A stretch of DNA of 64,000 bases from Perkinsus olseni (Eukaryota), in NCBI GenBank assembly GCA_013115125.1, contig JABANN010000037.1:1-64000 (forward strand). The letters are read 5' to 3'. Shown piece by piece: positions 13,505-25,200 of this stretch (the first letter of the stretch is position 1; each line of letters opens with the position of its first letter). Below the pieces are notes generated by a model. It did not search any database, had not been told where the DNA came from, and saw only the letters and a list, made by a program, of their open reading frames with translations. A program made the position numbers and the translations under genes.

Positions 13505-14881
13505 CTACGCACGGTGCCAACCTGAACGCCTAATGAGAGCCGAGATTCCGGCCAGGAACAGCTCCCTTCCTTCTTCGAGTACTTCAAACACCACAGCGTC
13601 GAACGATCATAAACGTACCATGGGAAACTTCACCGACGTGCATCATCAGACCCATCCTCATGGTCTTCATAGACGGCAGTAGCAGTACGGAACTCCATTC
13701 TACGAATTATGCAGTGCTGCTACTCTCGTCTATCCACCACATGCTACCTGCACGGGAAGGGAGCTCTTACAAAAGGGTCGAAAGCCCCATTACACTGAGT
13801 GCCTTCCGATGTGGCTGCGGAGCCGATCCGTCATAAAGCGCTGGGGAAGAGGTCGAAGGGGACATGATGAGCGTCCAATCCGTGGAGGGCCCGACCAGGC
13901 TCATTCAAATTTCCGAATGGGTCGAAGCACTTGATATCTGTGAGTACAAAAGAACCTCCTCAGGGGAACAAGAGGGCACTTGTGAGTGTGAAGGGGCCGT
14001 CAGCTCCGTTCTCAAGTGCCAGAGTCGCACGAATCGCTTGAGGATCGGGAGTTTGCCAGTCCGCTAGGCGAGTTATGATGTACAAAATTGCGCGAAGAGG
14101 GCTACGGTGCAGTCTGTAGCGATACCCCTCATCTTCGTTGCTGCTACTACCTGGCAAATTAGACGCCGCCGAGTCGATGGACTCCAGTCGTGAGGAGGCA
14201 TCCGAAGAGGGCTGGGCTGTCGATCCATGCTCTCCTGCAACCAGCAAGTCCAAGTACCATCCCAATCGTAACAAGTCTACCAAGTCGTTCATCCTCGGCC
14301 TTGAAAACTGCAGTATAGCTAGAGTCGAGGACCTCCTCCCCTCGCATGAGCCTCAGCAACGTGTCGTTGGAGCCTTCCCGCCTCTGGGACTTGCTTGCCC
14401 TCGTCGATCGACTTCCTTGCGATGGCCGCTTCCTCGTAGGTGGCTTCACTGGTGGTGGGGCGGGTGGGGTCGGAGACGGCGGCATCAAGTACCGCATGTC
14501 AAGCTCAGGGAAGCTTCCAAGGGCCTCAACGGGAACCCAAGGGATATCTAAACACACTCTAGCTCCTCATACTGAGCTCGAGTGCAGGTCCGCCCTACTC
14601 GGCTCGGTCCTCTCGCCAAGGGTCGCTATAACCGCCTGAGGAGCAAGACCTGTCCAGCCCTCCTCAGAATGCTCAATTCAGCCCGTCGTGCGCAAATAAC
14701 AGTGAGTTGGGGCATAGTCTCCCTAGCTAGCACGGCCGGCGTCTAAGCTTACGTCTCGCAGCTCCTGCCTAGAATGTAGTAATGATGTGACTATGCTGAA
14801 CAGGTGCTCGTCCGTGATGGCGTCGAGTGCCGGTAGAGCCGGGCATCCGTCGGCACTCGTCGTTTCGTTCCTGGCCAGCAT
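13505..14881 (-). CDS. Hypothetical multi-exon protein
   Basis: ATG at 14881 (MLARNETTSADGCPALPALDAITDEHLFSIV...) is followed by GT-AG-bounded open segments matching ORFs 14159-14557 and 13960-14292. No family recognised. Confidence 0.35.
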
Positions 14882-16530
14882 ATCTCGCCCAGCGTTACAA
14901 CTTCAATGAGGCGCGCCGTTTATAGCGTGGGTGAATCTCTCCGGAGTCGGAGCGATTTCACAAAGCGTAAAACTTCGCGCACTTACTATATCGTTCTCGT
15001 CCGGTCAGAGTGATCCTAATTCGCGTGAGCGATCAACTTGAACCATTCACGGCGATCTACGGCTCGACTCTGACGACGCGAAACGCACAAGCTCCTTCAA
15101 AGTCCTCTTGATGAATCACAAGCTTCTAGATGTCATAAGTAACCGTTGAGGCCGAGATGGACTGCGTTGAGGATTGAGAGCGCTGAGCTACGTCGTGATT
15201 TTCCGGCGCTGTTTAATCTCGCAGCACCAATTGATGCCATGAATTATCGTATACCATTCTAGTTTTCGTGCGTCGAGTTTCTCGTCGTCGCCTGGACATA
15301 TCAGCTCGTCATCCCTGCCGTCTTGAAGCCTCTCTCGGGACTTTTCCAACACTGAGGACCCGCCACGAATACTCGGCCGCAGCAGAGAGTTCTTTGAGAA
15401 GGCCACTGCTGCCGTTACTCGCACAGCACAACACCATAGTCTGGTCCATGATGGTGGTGGACTCTTCGTATCTCAGGAGATTCTCATATAGACACGCTGT
15501 GAAGTGGGGAAAGCAACCCGAAGCTCAACTTGGGGTGGAACGTGCCTGGGTCCCCTTATTCATCAGTTGAGATGTTCCCACTCGCTCAATTTCGCTAGGG
15601 AGAGCTGGTCATTCCCCACATCGGTCGCTCTTGATGTTACCAGGGCTGGTCATTTTCGGTCCACCTTTTGGCACGGCAGATATCGTGTTTTTGGCTTACT
15701 TTCCCTGTAACGAGTCTCGGGCGATGTACTGCCGTTGAATAAGCTGCGAGCGTTACACCGTTCCCCACGGCGTTGTTCGACCATCAACCAGGCGATCTCG
15801 CCCAGGGCCGTGAAGTCCTTTTCGTTGGGTACCTTCGCCTCTGCAGCCGTTACTTAGCTTACTGATCCAGCACCGAGTGAGCCGAGTAGCATATGGGACG
15901 AGGCTGACGCTGTGTTGATCGGCATTGCCGTGTTTCTAGCGAACGAGTTTGGGCATCGGATACGTCGTTACGTGCTTTTGCAACTTTCCACTTTGGCTGA
16001 CCGGAGGTATTTGTTTCTCGTCTCCGTCTTGGTGGGGGAATAGTCGTGCTGGGGCGGCATGCTAGTGGTAATATCGGGTGTGCAGAAAGCACCGGAATGC
16101 AAGCTTGGGACGTTAGTATTCGTGAGCACACGATAGATCACCTGGAGGGTTGAGATCAGGGTGTGATGCATGGCTCGGAATTAAGAGAGCTGAGTAGATC
16201 GCAAGTGATGCCCTATGGACCGATCCTTCTGTCCATAGCACGCTGAATCTCTGGGTGGATTGATCCGGGGTAGGTGCCGAGTTTTAAGGTTCGAAGTGTG
16301 TCGATGCAGCAGCAGCAGCAGGACGATGCAAGTAGGGCTATGTCGTGCGTCCTTCGGAAGGAGTCCAACAGCAGGGAACGACTTGAGAAGGATCACTGGG
16401 TGTGTCCGCATGTCACGACTTCCTGATTGTCTTTCTGTCATCAACAGTGTAGCGTTGCAGAGTCTATCATAAAACCAGCGGTCCATCGTTGCAGAGGTCA
16501 CGTCGAAGGCGGGCCCTTCTTTTCAATCGT

Positions 16531-17211
16531 ATGAGCTTGTCATCCCGCAGCTTCACTGTCAGAATCAGAGATCTCTATCCAGAGGATGATGATGAGGAGT
16601 GTGTGGTATGCTACTCGCCCACTCAAGTGCTCGATGTCCAATGCTCCACCTGCGGCGTCTTCGTGTGTAGGGAGTGCCTGCCCCAGCTCCAGAAGCCGGC
16701 TGAGTGTCCCCATTGCCGTTCGCTGAGTCGATGGCAACGCTTCAATGCAGTGGGGCTCAGAGTTCAGAAAATGCTCTTATCATTCCTGAACGATCGGATA
16801 CTTGGCACGCTGGAGGAGGCAGCAGCGCGATTGCCGCCAATGGGGAAGCCATGCGGAAGGGATATAATTTCGCGGCGCGCGACGGAGTATGACGATTGTG
16901 TTAAGGTCGCCCACTCGGCTCTGAACTGCGTATGCTCCGGTTTCGATTGCGATATGTGCGAAGGCTGCTCATCGGGAGGCTACGACGGAGCGGAGTTTTC
17001 TCATTGTAATTTATGCTGGGATGGGCAGCCCACCCCTTCTCCAGTGCGCGCGCTGGTCAAGACCCGTAACGTCATCCACGCCATTCTCAGCTTTCTAGTG
17101 TGCGATGACGAGGAGAGACTTGGCGACCACTCTCTGCCTTCATCGAGGCCCGCCATCGCACCGGTACCCTCTCCGGCCTGCTCTCGGGACGGGACCCATT
17201 CGTCCCTGTGA
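16531..17211 (+). CDS. RING-finger protein (putative E3 ligase), single exon
   Basis: CVVC...CSTCGVFVCRECL...ECPHC RING-like cysteine spacing, plus a second Cys-rich cluster (CVCSGFDCDMCEGC...HCNLC). Confidence 0.7.
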   Translation: MSLSSRSFTVRIRDLYPEDDDEECVVCYSPTQVLDVQCSTCGVFVCRECLPQLQKPAECPHCRSLSRWQRFNAVGLRVQKMLLSFLNDRILGTLEEAAARLPPMGKPCGRDIISRRATEYDDCVKVAHSALNCVCSGFDCDMCEGCSSGGYDGAEFSHCNLCWDGQPTPSPVRALVKTRNVIHAILSFLVCDDEERLGDHSLPSSRPAIAPVPSPACSRDGTHSSL

Positions 17212-17425
17212 TGCGGCTTTGCTGTCGGTAGAAGCTGCCTGAACGCAAGCCTTCCCACGCCGTTGGCCCGGGTGGCTTGAATGAAGTTGAATTCTCACTG
17301 TGCATGCTCGTTGACTCGTCTCCTGCTTGTATGATGTCGAGTTGGGGACTCTCGGGAGTTCATCACTCAGTCGGTCTTCCCTTCTTTCTCTTCCCTCTCT
17401 AGCATACCCTCTCACCACTAGCGAC

Positions 17426-20400
17426 ATGAGTGAAGGGGGCGGCGGCGGTTCGACTCCTCTCGGTGTCGACTGGGCCGGAGCTTTCGCCACCGGCTTCTCG
17501 GCCCCCTTGGATGGCCCAGCGGCGGAGGGCTCCGTCACACCATCCTCCTTCCGCCTGCAGCCTCTCGGTGATGACGATTTCGGCGGAGAGTTCTCCCCTC
17601 AGGCCATAGCGGGTCTGACTCCTCTAGCTGTGGACGGCTCCCTCACACCAGGGTTCCGCTTGCAGCCACTGGGTGATGAGGAGTTCGGAGGTCTCGCTCA
17701 GCCGGCGGCGCAGCAGTTGAAGCCTCTTGCGGTAGTAGAGAGACAGCAGCGGAACTATGTGGCTCGGTTGGGGGCTAAGGATGATGCTGAAGCGAGGGCA
17801 AGGCAGTGGAGGGGCAGCTACGATATCGAGTACATGCCCGGCGGTGAAGTGGTATCAACAATGACTGGGGGGCCTCAGCAACAGTCTCTGAGGAAACGCA
17901 AGCATAGTGGTAGCGACATTGATGGTGCGATCTCAGGGACGGCGGCTCAGGAGGTGCCTGTGAGCCGTGGAATGCTGTCAGGGGTGGTCCTGGGCCTCGA
18001 CACGGCGGTTGGAACTGTGGCTGAGAATGGTGTAGTACGAGCCAGGGCTCCAAAGGCCTTGCCGATGCCGACTGTAAAGGAGGCTGGCAGAAGGGAGAAT
18101 CATCTTCTAGAGGAGATGGCGCCCTTCCTGAAGGGCCCACTGGACATGTATTGCAATGCCTTGGAGGGGTCGGATGAGCTGCTGTCATCCTTCCCAAGCT
18201 TCCTCTCGATGGTGCCAACAGATCTTGTTGGTCCCGAGATGGACTCCGAAGATGAGGCTAGGGCTGCAGCGGCCTCCGAAGCAGGAAGCGAGTCCAGCGA
18301 CGACTGGGACTCTGACGTCCTGGACTTGCGGCGCTCAGCCCGGCAACAGCTCATGGAGGACTCGCTGCGCGGTGCCCCTCATGCGGAGTGCGCCAAGGAG
18401 CTCCTGGGTATCGAGTACTGGCCGCAGTTCACTACAATCGTCGCCAAGAAGCCGACACCTTTGCGTGCCAATGAGCAGCGGTATCATCGGCGACATCTCT
18501 GGCGAATGGGCTTCGATGCATATAATGACAAGTGGTGGTGTCGAACCCGGGCGGAAGCCTTACCAGCGGTATCGGCTGAGAGCAGCCCCAGCAGCTCGGC
18601 AACGAATACTCCGACTAGCCAGGCGGCTCCTATGCAGCCTAAGAGGGCATGCCGGTATAACACGCCCAAGGAGGTGTCTCTACGGGAAGAGTCCGCCTTC
18701 GTTCTCCTCGAAGGCGTTGAACAATATCCAATCCTCATGCATCAGGTTGGCATGAGCGCTTACTTCAATACGTACTTACCTGCGAGAAGCAGGGTAATGG
18801 GACCGCCCCCATCGAGTGACACTCTCGGCCGAGTTCGCTATGCTGCTGACGATGGCTTCATTCCGGGTGTCTTCGGCGGGAATGTCGTCAGATTCGACCC
18901 TCTATCCGGAATTAACTCCTGCACCCTCATCGAGTCTGTCCTACTGCGGGCGCCGCTGTTCGAACACCACACCAGCGCTACTGATTTCATCTTCATACGT
19001 TGCCAGGAGGCAGTGGCTACTACTAAGGGTGGCGGTAGAGGGCACAGTGTCTCAGTGAAGCGGTCGAGGAAGCAGCAGGACAACAGCACCAAGTACATTA
19101 ACATCATACGACCGCTTCAGCGCCTCGTCACTATGGGGCAGGCTGAGCCGCTGGTGAAGGTCGACCCGCCCTTACCGGCGAAGATCAACCCTCTGATGCG
19201 GTCGAGGATTGTCCTTGAGACGCGCAAGTCCTTCCGGCACCACCGTCGGCCGCTGAGGCCGGACGATGTGGTACGGATGTTCGGGCACGCTAACAAGAGG
19301 ACCACTCTGGAGCGTTTCATAGCGGCAGCGAATCATGAGCTTCAAGTTCGACCGGGCCAGCCGATGCCTCAGCTGGACCCCTCGGCGGAGATGAGTCTGG
19401 TGGAGTCCTGCAAGATGGACTCTATGCTTGATGGTGTGCGACGACTCTGCGAGAGGGGAGTGACGAAGCTGGTCACCAGTGATCGGATACGGCAGGCCGT
19501 GCGTGAGATCGAAACTCACGAGTCTAGCATGAGCAGCAGGTCTAAGGACGAGCGGGTCCGCTACGATGCCATGCAGGTCGAGGCCGAGCTGAAGACGACG
19601 CCGTGGAGTCTGAGCAACGACTACTGGGAGGTGGTTGAAGGCGGCAAGCGTGGTGCATTCTTCGAGTTCTCGCACTTGGGTGATCCGAGTGGAGGTCGAG
19701 GAGAGGGTGTCAGCTATGTACGGCAGCAGAGGTCGGTTGACGCTGCCCTGGGAGCTGGAGGAGTCGCCAGCGGTCAAAGGCTCAGCCAAAAACTGGGTGA
19801 TCTGCGGGCGAAGAGCGCTAAGGAGCTGAAGCAGGAAATGCGCAAGCTTGGCACCCCAGAGGCTCAGCTGGCCGGATTGGGTCGATGGGAGTTGGTTCGC
19901 CAGCTGTCTGTGCTCCTGCGTGGTGTTGAGGATGCTGATGTTGCCCTAGCGGCCGCGGCCAGTAACGAGCTGCCGGCCAAACGTAAGCAGATTCATAGTG
20001 AGAGATTGGCAACGGCCTGGCGAAAGCAGTACAAGGCGTTGTCCAGTGAGGAGAGAGACTTTAGCGATGTGGACTCGGATGATGAAGAAAGCAACGAAGC
20101 CGCAGTGCCCAAGGCTGGCGATGAGAAGACTCCAATAGACTCCCTCGAGGATGACTTGTTGGCTGACCTCATGGACTCGTCACCGAAGCAAGAGCAGGTG
20201 GCTGCTGACTCGAACGAAGAGATGGTACCGAGGCTGAAGATCGTGACAACTGGACGAGAGAAGGTCACAGGTGCGCCCTGGACGAGAGTGCAGTATGTCT
20301 ATGGTCGGCATAATATCGACATTTACAAGAGGTGGAAGATGATAGATAATGTTGACTCGGCTGCCCTGAAGGAGGTCATCTCCCTGAACGACTCTAGCGG

Positions 20401-20569
20401 TGGTGGCAGCAACCTCGACAAGAGTTTGAAGATCCACCAGCTACTGCGGGAGAGTATCGAGCAAGGCAAGCTGGCGCCCAAGGAGGTCACTAGATGCTCT
20501 CGATGTCACTTCTACGGGCATGAGGCTCAGGACGTAGACAGATGCCCAGTGAAAGGCAATGTATCATAG
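17426..20569 (+). CDS. TAF1: TFIID subunit TAF1 (DUF3591 core plus zinc knuckle, no bromodomains), intronless
   Basis: EQYPILMHQVGM, LRAPLFEHHTSATDFIFIR, GQAEPLVKV, TPWSLSNDY, GDPSGGRGEGVSYVR, DLRAKS...LGRWELV and the C-terminal CSRCHFYGH...RCP match the order of TAF1 motifs. Confidence 0.88.
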   Translation: MSEGGGGGSTPLGVDWAGAFATGFSAPLDGPAAEGSVTPSSFRLQPLGDDDFGGEFSPQAIAGLTPLAVDGSLTPGFRLQPLGDEEFGGLAQPAAQQLKPLAVVERQQRNYVARLGAKDDAEARARQWRGSYDIEYMPGGEVVSTMTGGPQQQSLRKRKHSGSDIDGAISGTAAQEVPVSRGMLSGVVLGLDTAVGTVAENGVVRARAPKALPMPTVKEAGRRENHLLEEMAPFLKGPLDMYCNALEGSDELLSSFPSFLSMVPTDLVGPEMDSEDEARAAAASEAGSESSDDWDSDVLDLRRSARQQLMEDSLRGAPHAECAKELLGIEYWPQFTTIVAKKPTPLRANEQRYHRRHLWRMGFDAYNDKWWCRTRAEALPAVSAESSPSSSATNTPTSQAAPMQPKRACRYNTPKEVSLREESAFVLLEGVEQYPILMHQVGMSAYFNTYLPARSRVMGPPPSSDTLGRVRYAADDGFIPGVFGGNVVRFDPLSGINSCTLIESVLLRAPLFEHHTSATDFIFIRCQEAVATTKGGGRGHSVSVKRSRKQQDNSTKYINIIRPLQRLVTMGQAEPLVKVDPPLPAKINPLMRSRIVLETRKSFRHHRRPLRPDDVVRMFGHANKRTTLERFIAAANHELQVRPGQPMPQLDPSAEMSLVESCKMDSMLDGVRRLCERGVTKLVTSDRIRQAVREIETHESSMSSRSKDERVRYDAMQVEAELKTTPWSLSNDYWEVVEGGKRGAFFEFSHLGDPSGGRGEGVSYVRQQRSVDAALGAGGVASGQRLSQKLGDLRAKSAKELKQEMRKLGTPEAQLAGLGRWELVRQLSVLLRGVEDADVALAAAASNELPAKRKQIHSERLATAWRKQYKALSSEERDFSDVDSDDEESNEAAVPKAGDEKTPIDSLEDDLLADLMDSSPKQEQVAADSNEEMVPRLKIVTTGREKVTGAPWTRVQYVYGRHNIDIYKRWKMIDNVDSAALKEVISLNDSSGGGSNLDKSLKIHQLLRESIEQGKLAPKEVTRCSRCHFYGHEAQDVDRCPVKGNVS

Positions 20570-20894
20570 TCATATTAGTATGAATCCCTAATAGCATTTT
20601 CCAAGACCTACTCATCCGCCACTGCTGTTGTTGATGGTGATGCACGTTTGTTCTACCATTCTATGGTCATAGCGCAGTAACAACATTGTAGTATTGATCT
20701 CTTATGCTACAGAGAGAAGGTTGTTGAGTTGAGTAACCTTCTCGTATCCTCGGCTTCGAGCTTATCCGCTCGTCATCTCGTAGGAGCCAGTGCGGTGCCT
20801 ACATGTTAGGAACGCTGGAGCCTCTTCTCACTGTTGTGAGGTCGCGGTTGCCTTAGGCTACTGTTGTGTGGTTCCTGCTACCGCCACAACCGTA

Positions 20895-22066
20895 ATGTCT
20901 AGCGAGATCTCTACTACTTCAAGCGGCTCTGGAATTACCTGCATTCGCGCTGGTTGGGTTATCCAAGTTGATGAAGAGAATTCTGTCATTCCTGACGGTT
21001 GTGTCGTCTGGGACAACGAGTGAGTACTCTTGCCAAGCTGAGACGCCGGTGCTGCCACCAGAGCCGAACTCAACACCTGGCCGTGGGTCAGCCGCACGTC
21101 ACACTCCCGTCTCAGGTCCCATCGAATCCTCAACGTTTGCCCTTTCTCTGAGCTCCCCGCTGACGTCGAAGTGACTGAGCATCTTCCCAAGCATGCCATC
21201 ATGCCCGGCATGGTCAACTGCCATACTCATACCCCTATGGCACCTCTCAGGGTAGTTTACCATAATTTCGTTCACTCGGTCTGCGCATCGCAACTCATCT
21301 TCCTATGTGACCGCGGCGTTCAGACCGCCTATCACTTCGCTGCAGAGGGGCGAGTGATTTTCTCTGAATTCGCCTTATTCAGGGTTACTCTGATGACCAG
21401 AACTTGCAAGACTGGCTCCAGAAGTATGTCTGGCCTGCTGAAGCGCAGTAGGCTGAAGTAGGCTTTCCACGGGAGAGTAGCCCGTATCTTGAAACGGTAA
21501 CTGTGGTGATGTGCAGGTTCGTATCTCCCGAGTTTATAAAGCTCGGATCCCAACTCTGCATATATGAGATGCTTCTCTCTGGTAAGTTGGGGAAGCGCGT
21601 TTTGGTCGATTCTGTGACGACTGTGTGATGAGTATTATAATACATATGGACCATCGCTCCTCCCAACCTGCATAATGGCTTTTGGATGCGTGTCGAGTTA
21701 GGCTGTGTAAATCGCTGAAATCTCGGTGATGGCAGCCGCTGCTAAGTTCGGTGATACTCGTCTGCGTGTATAGGAGATAGTCCCCGAGGACTGTTCCGCA
21801 GGTTCCACTACCTTCGTCGACATGTACATGTTCCCCCGTGCAGTGGCGGAGGTTGCTAATGACGCTCACATCAGGTGGGTCTCAAAGCGCGCAGGTTTGG
21901 CTGCGTCATCCAGAGTTCATTTCCGGACGGTTGATTGATGGGTACCATGGCGATGCCATGCCTAGTGTTGATCTCAGATGCTTCAATGGCGAGGCAGTGA
22001 TGGACATTGGTGACGGCACCATCGACAAGATGATCGAGGCCGCTGCTGAGTATGTTAACAATAAAG
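20895..22066 (+). pseudogene. Amidohydrolase A' (MtaD/Atz-like): six intact 5' exons only, 3' half missing
   Basis: Exons 20895-21019, 21116-21251, 21383-21447, 21517-21581, 21802-21874 and 21978-22066 splice in frame (PGMVNCHTHTPM, WLQKYVWPAE, EMLLSGSTTFVDMY). No downstream A-type exons occur before the next start at 22280. Confidence 0.75.
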
Positions 22067-22279
22067 GTGAAGTTGCGACTCCTGAGTGCGACTCCTGAGT
22101 CCGCAATCAAGCAGGCTTCGTTATCACACGTTTACCGGCATTGCACAGTTGTAGCGTTAGTCCATCAAATGGACCAGGATGGTCGCCTGTGAAAAGCGTC
22201 TGGACCTGGAAGGGCCCTCTGAGAGGGATGATGAGGCCATCCAGTCGAGAGAGTTAGATCAATTCCCACCTGCGGTCCC

Positions 22280-25200
22280 ATGGCAGCGTTTGCTGATGAT
22301 ACTGGAGAGACTTACTGCCTTCGAGCTCCCTATGTTATTACAGTGAATGGCGACGATCAGATAATCGAGGATGGATGCGTTGCTTGGGATACTCGGTGAG
22401 GGTCCTTCGTGGCGGCTGCTTCCTCTTTAAGACTCGTAGATCCCTCCGTCGTAGGGGTCCGAGGCATTCGGCTCTGTGTGTCAGGACCAAACGCATAACT
22501 CACGTGTGTCCCACGGCGGAGCTACCGAATGACATCAAAATCGACGAGTCTCTGGAGCAACACGTCCTCATCCCTGGACTTATCAATTGCCATACTCACG
22601 TGGCGATGACTTTGCTGAGGGTGAGCCTAGAAGTTCTTCCTACATATATCCCCTTGATCCGTTTCAGGGTTTTGCTGATGACTTGGAGCTCATGGACTGG
22701 CTCGACCATTACATCTGGCCCGCAGAGAAGCGGTATAGAGCGTTGGCTTTGCACTGCTGGCTGTTTTCGGGTTCTACCTTTTTGAATCTCGCTGCTCCGC
22801 TTTTTTCGCTATGCTGTGCGAATCCTGTTGGCGACCCGAAGTGACTGGTTGGCTGCCAGTTTTCTGTCGAAGGAGTACATAACGCTAGGCACACAGATGG
22901 GGGTCTATGAGATGCTCAAAACGGGTGAGTGATGGTGCCCATCCCACGCGTGTTAGGTCGGTACGTGCTGTAACGTCTCGCCTCGTGAGGCGGTATCCTC
23001 AGTGAGGCATCTTGAGTTGTGAGGCTCTGATACCGGGAGGCTGCCTCAATGAAGCTGTCTGGTAGAATCGATCTCAAACGGTAGTTCTGTATGATTTAAG
23101 AGCTTCCCTAATGGTATACTATCATTGAAAGAGTGCTACGAATTTGCAGGGTTTGAGCATGATGTTCTGAGCATCACACTCGGCGGGTCCTAAGGTTGCG
23201 CCTAAGTTTTCCCCAATAAGGCAGTCGCCGGTGAACATGGGACTTTTCCACTGCACAAGATCGTTATTCGCAGGTCGGAAGCAGCAGCTAACCACTTTGA
23301 ATCAGCTTGAGTACACTGATGCTGTGTTCAACTGTGGGATGCTGACTCTGCGACGACCGAGGGTGAATGTGTGCTAAACGAGAAACACGGATCGTATGAG
23401 GGAGAATATATGAGCGGCTTGGTGTGAGACGACCGCGCCGGAATCGCTAAGACCACAGGGAACAAGGCATGCCAGCGCGGGCGCATTTGGGTATCGCGCG
23501 CAAATGTATCGCAATTGGGACTTCCCTCTACATTCCCGTTTGCCTCTACCACGACAGGAGTGGCACGGTGGGTGAACGGTATGATACCTGCTCCATTTTG
23601 GAAACTAAGGTGAGGCTGAAAGTTACACAGGATGTCAGCCCATAAGTGATGAAGCTATGACAAGTGGTGTGTACCTTGCTGATCATGGCTGTGACAAGAG
23701 GCTCACTCTTCTCTCATTCCTTGATGGCGAACACCCGGGTCTAATCGGCTGACGGCTAATCGTCGATTAGCCTTGAGCCTAGTCATAAGGCTCAAGGCTC
23801 AAGGCTGTTGCGAGCTACAGGCCCGTCCACATCGCAAGCTATGACGCCTGGGCTCATAGGCTCAGGAACTCCCTTCTCGCGAGTATCTGCCCTCGCCAAT
23901 GATGTTACATGAATCATGTTACTCGATCCCCTCATTGAGGGGAGGGAAGCCATTGTAAATTGAGGGGCCCTCAATTGACATGTGGCCACCGGTTGAACAT
24001 CAACCGTACTGAAGATAGTATCTTGGGTTACTGCCCAGAGCTTCGCAATTACTATTCATATGTGGCACTTATCAAGTGCCAGGGAGCTACCTTGAAAGAG
24101 AAAGCGACGTTGACGTTACACTCCAAGTAGGGCAAGCTCACCTGGCGTCCAGGAGTGTGTTCAATATGTAAACACTGTTTTGAGTCGAGTTTTATTCATC
24201 TGCCCGCTTCAGCGCTGTAAATGGACAATTTTCAGAGGAGGCTCGACACGCGACTGCATCCATCGCAGTGCGTCAGTCTTACATCGCGTCTGGAACGCAG
24301 CACATCCAAGACACATGAAATTACAAGTCTATCGGGAGAGTTGGCCAGCAGACCAGCTAAGTGAGCATGCAATATCTTGTAACGGAGACAATCATGTTGA
24401 GATCACTTCATTGCAGTCAAACTCATCGAAAACTTGATGTCGATCGGCGCAGCCAGAACTCACAAAAGTCGGCCGCTTCGGAGATCTACGAGATTCTCTT
24501 ACTTATTACTGACTTTCTCACCCTGAGGCTACTCTAGCCACCCCACGAGTCATCCCCGTAACTCAGGTACAACCTGCTTCCTCGACATGTACTTCATGCC
24601 GGCTGATACGGTCGCTGTCACCGTCCCGGCGGGCATCAGGTCAGGCTCCAATGTTCGCTGTATGTTGAGCCTCATATCCCTAGGTGTTTCAACGGCCATG
24701 CTATCATAGATTTTGGAGATGGATCTGTTGATGGACTCATCGATGTTGCCCGGGATTATGTCAACAATGGTAAATACGCCACCTGCTAGGTGGCACCTAG
24801 TCACCGTGATCAGGACTAGGATAGTGAGGTTGATATTCTAGTCCGCTCAGTAGACAGTCGTCTTTGTGGGCCACTCTCAATATCATATTGGCTGCCCCGC
24901 GTAACGTTAGTTGCTGTTAAGCATGCGAGCAATACTCGCCGAGCTCCGAGGGCACCCTGACTGTCGTGAGCGCTGGAGTCGAGTCGTGGTGTGGCGTCGA
25001 CACCACGTTGCGGGCAACTGCTAGTGGTCCCAGAGATGGCAACGCTCGACTCATCGTAACTGTCTCGGCCTAAACCTTTCTTAACAACATTTCCTCGTCA
25101 GCCCCAACTTCTCTGGTCACCCCTGTCATCTGCCCACACTCTTGTTACACGGTGAGGTGCACAGTCTCTATTCATACTCGCTCGAGTCTCGGCTGTTCAG

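Noticed and set aside
15188..16480. Possible minus-strand gene or retroelement remnant
   Set aside because: Only short ORFs with no RT, integrase or transposase motif. Left unannotated.
17327..17425. ORF-track N-terminal extension of TAF1
   Set aside because: It starts at a non-ATG codon in pyrimidine-rich sequence. The ATG at 17426 is the more plausible start.
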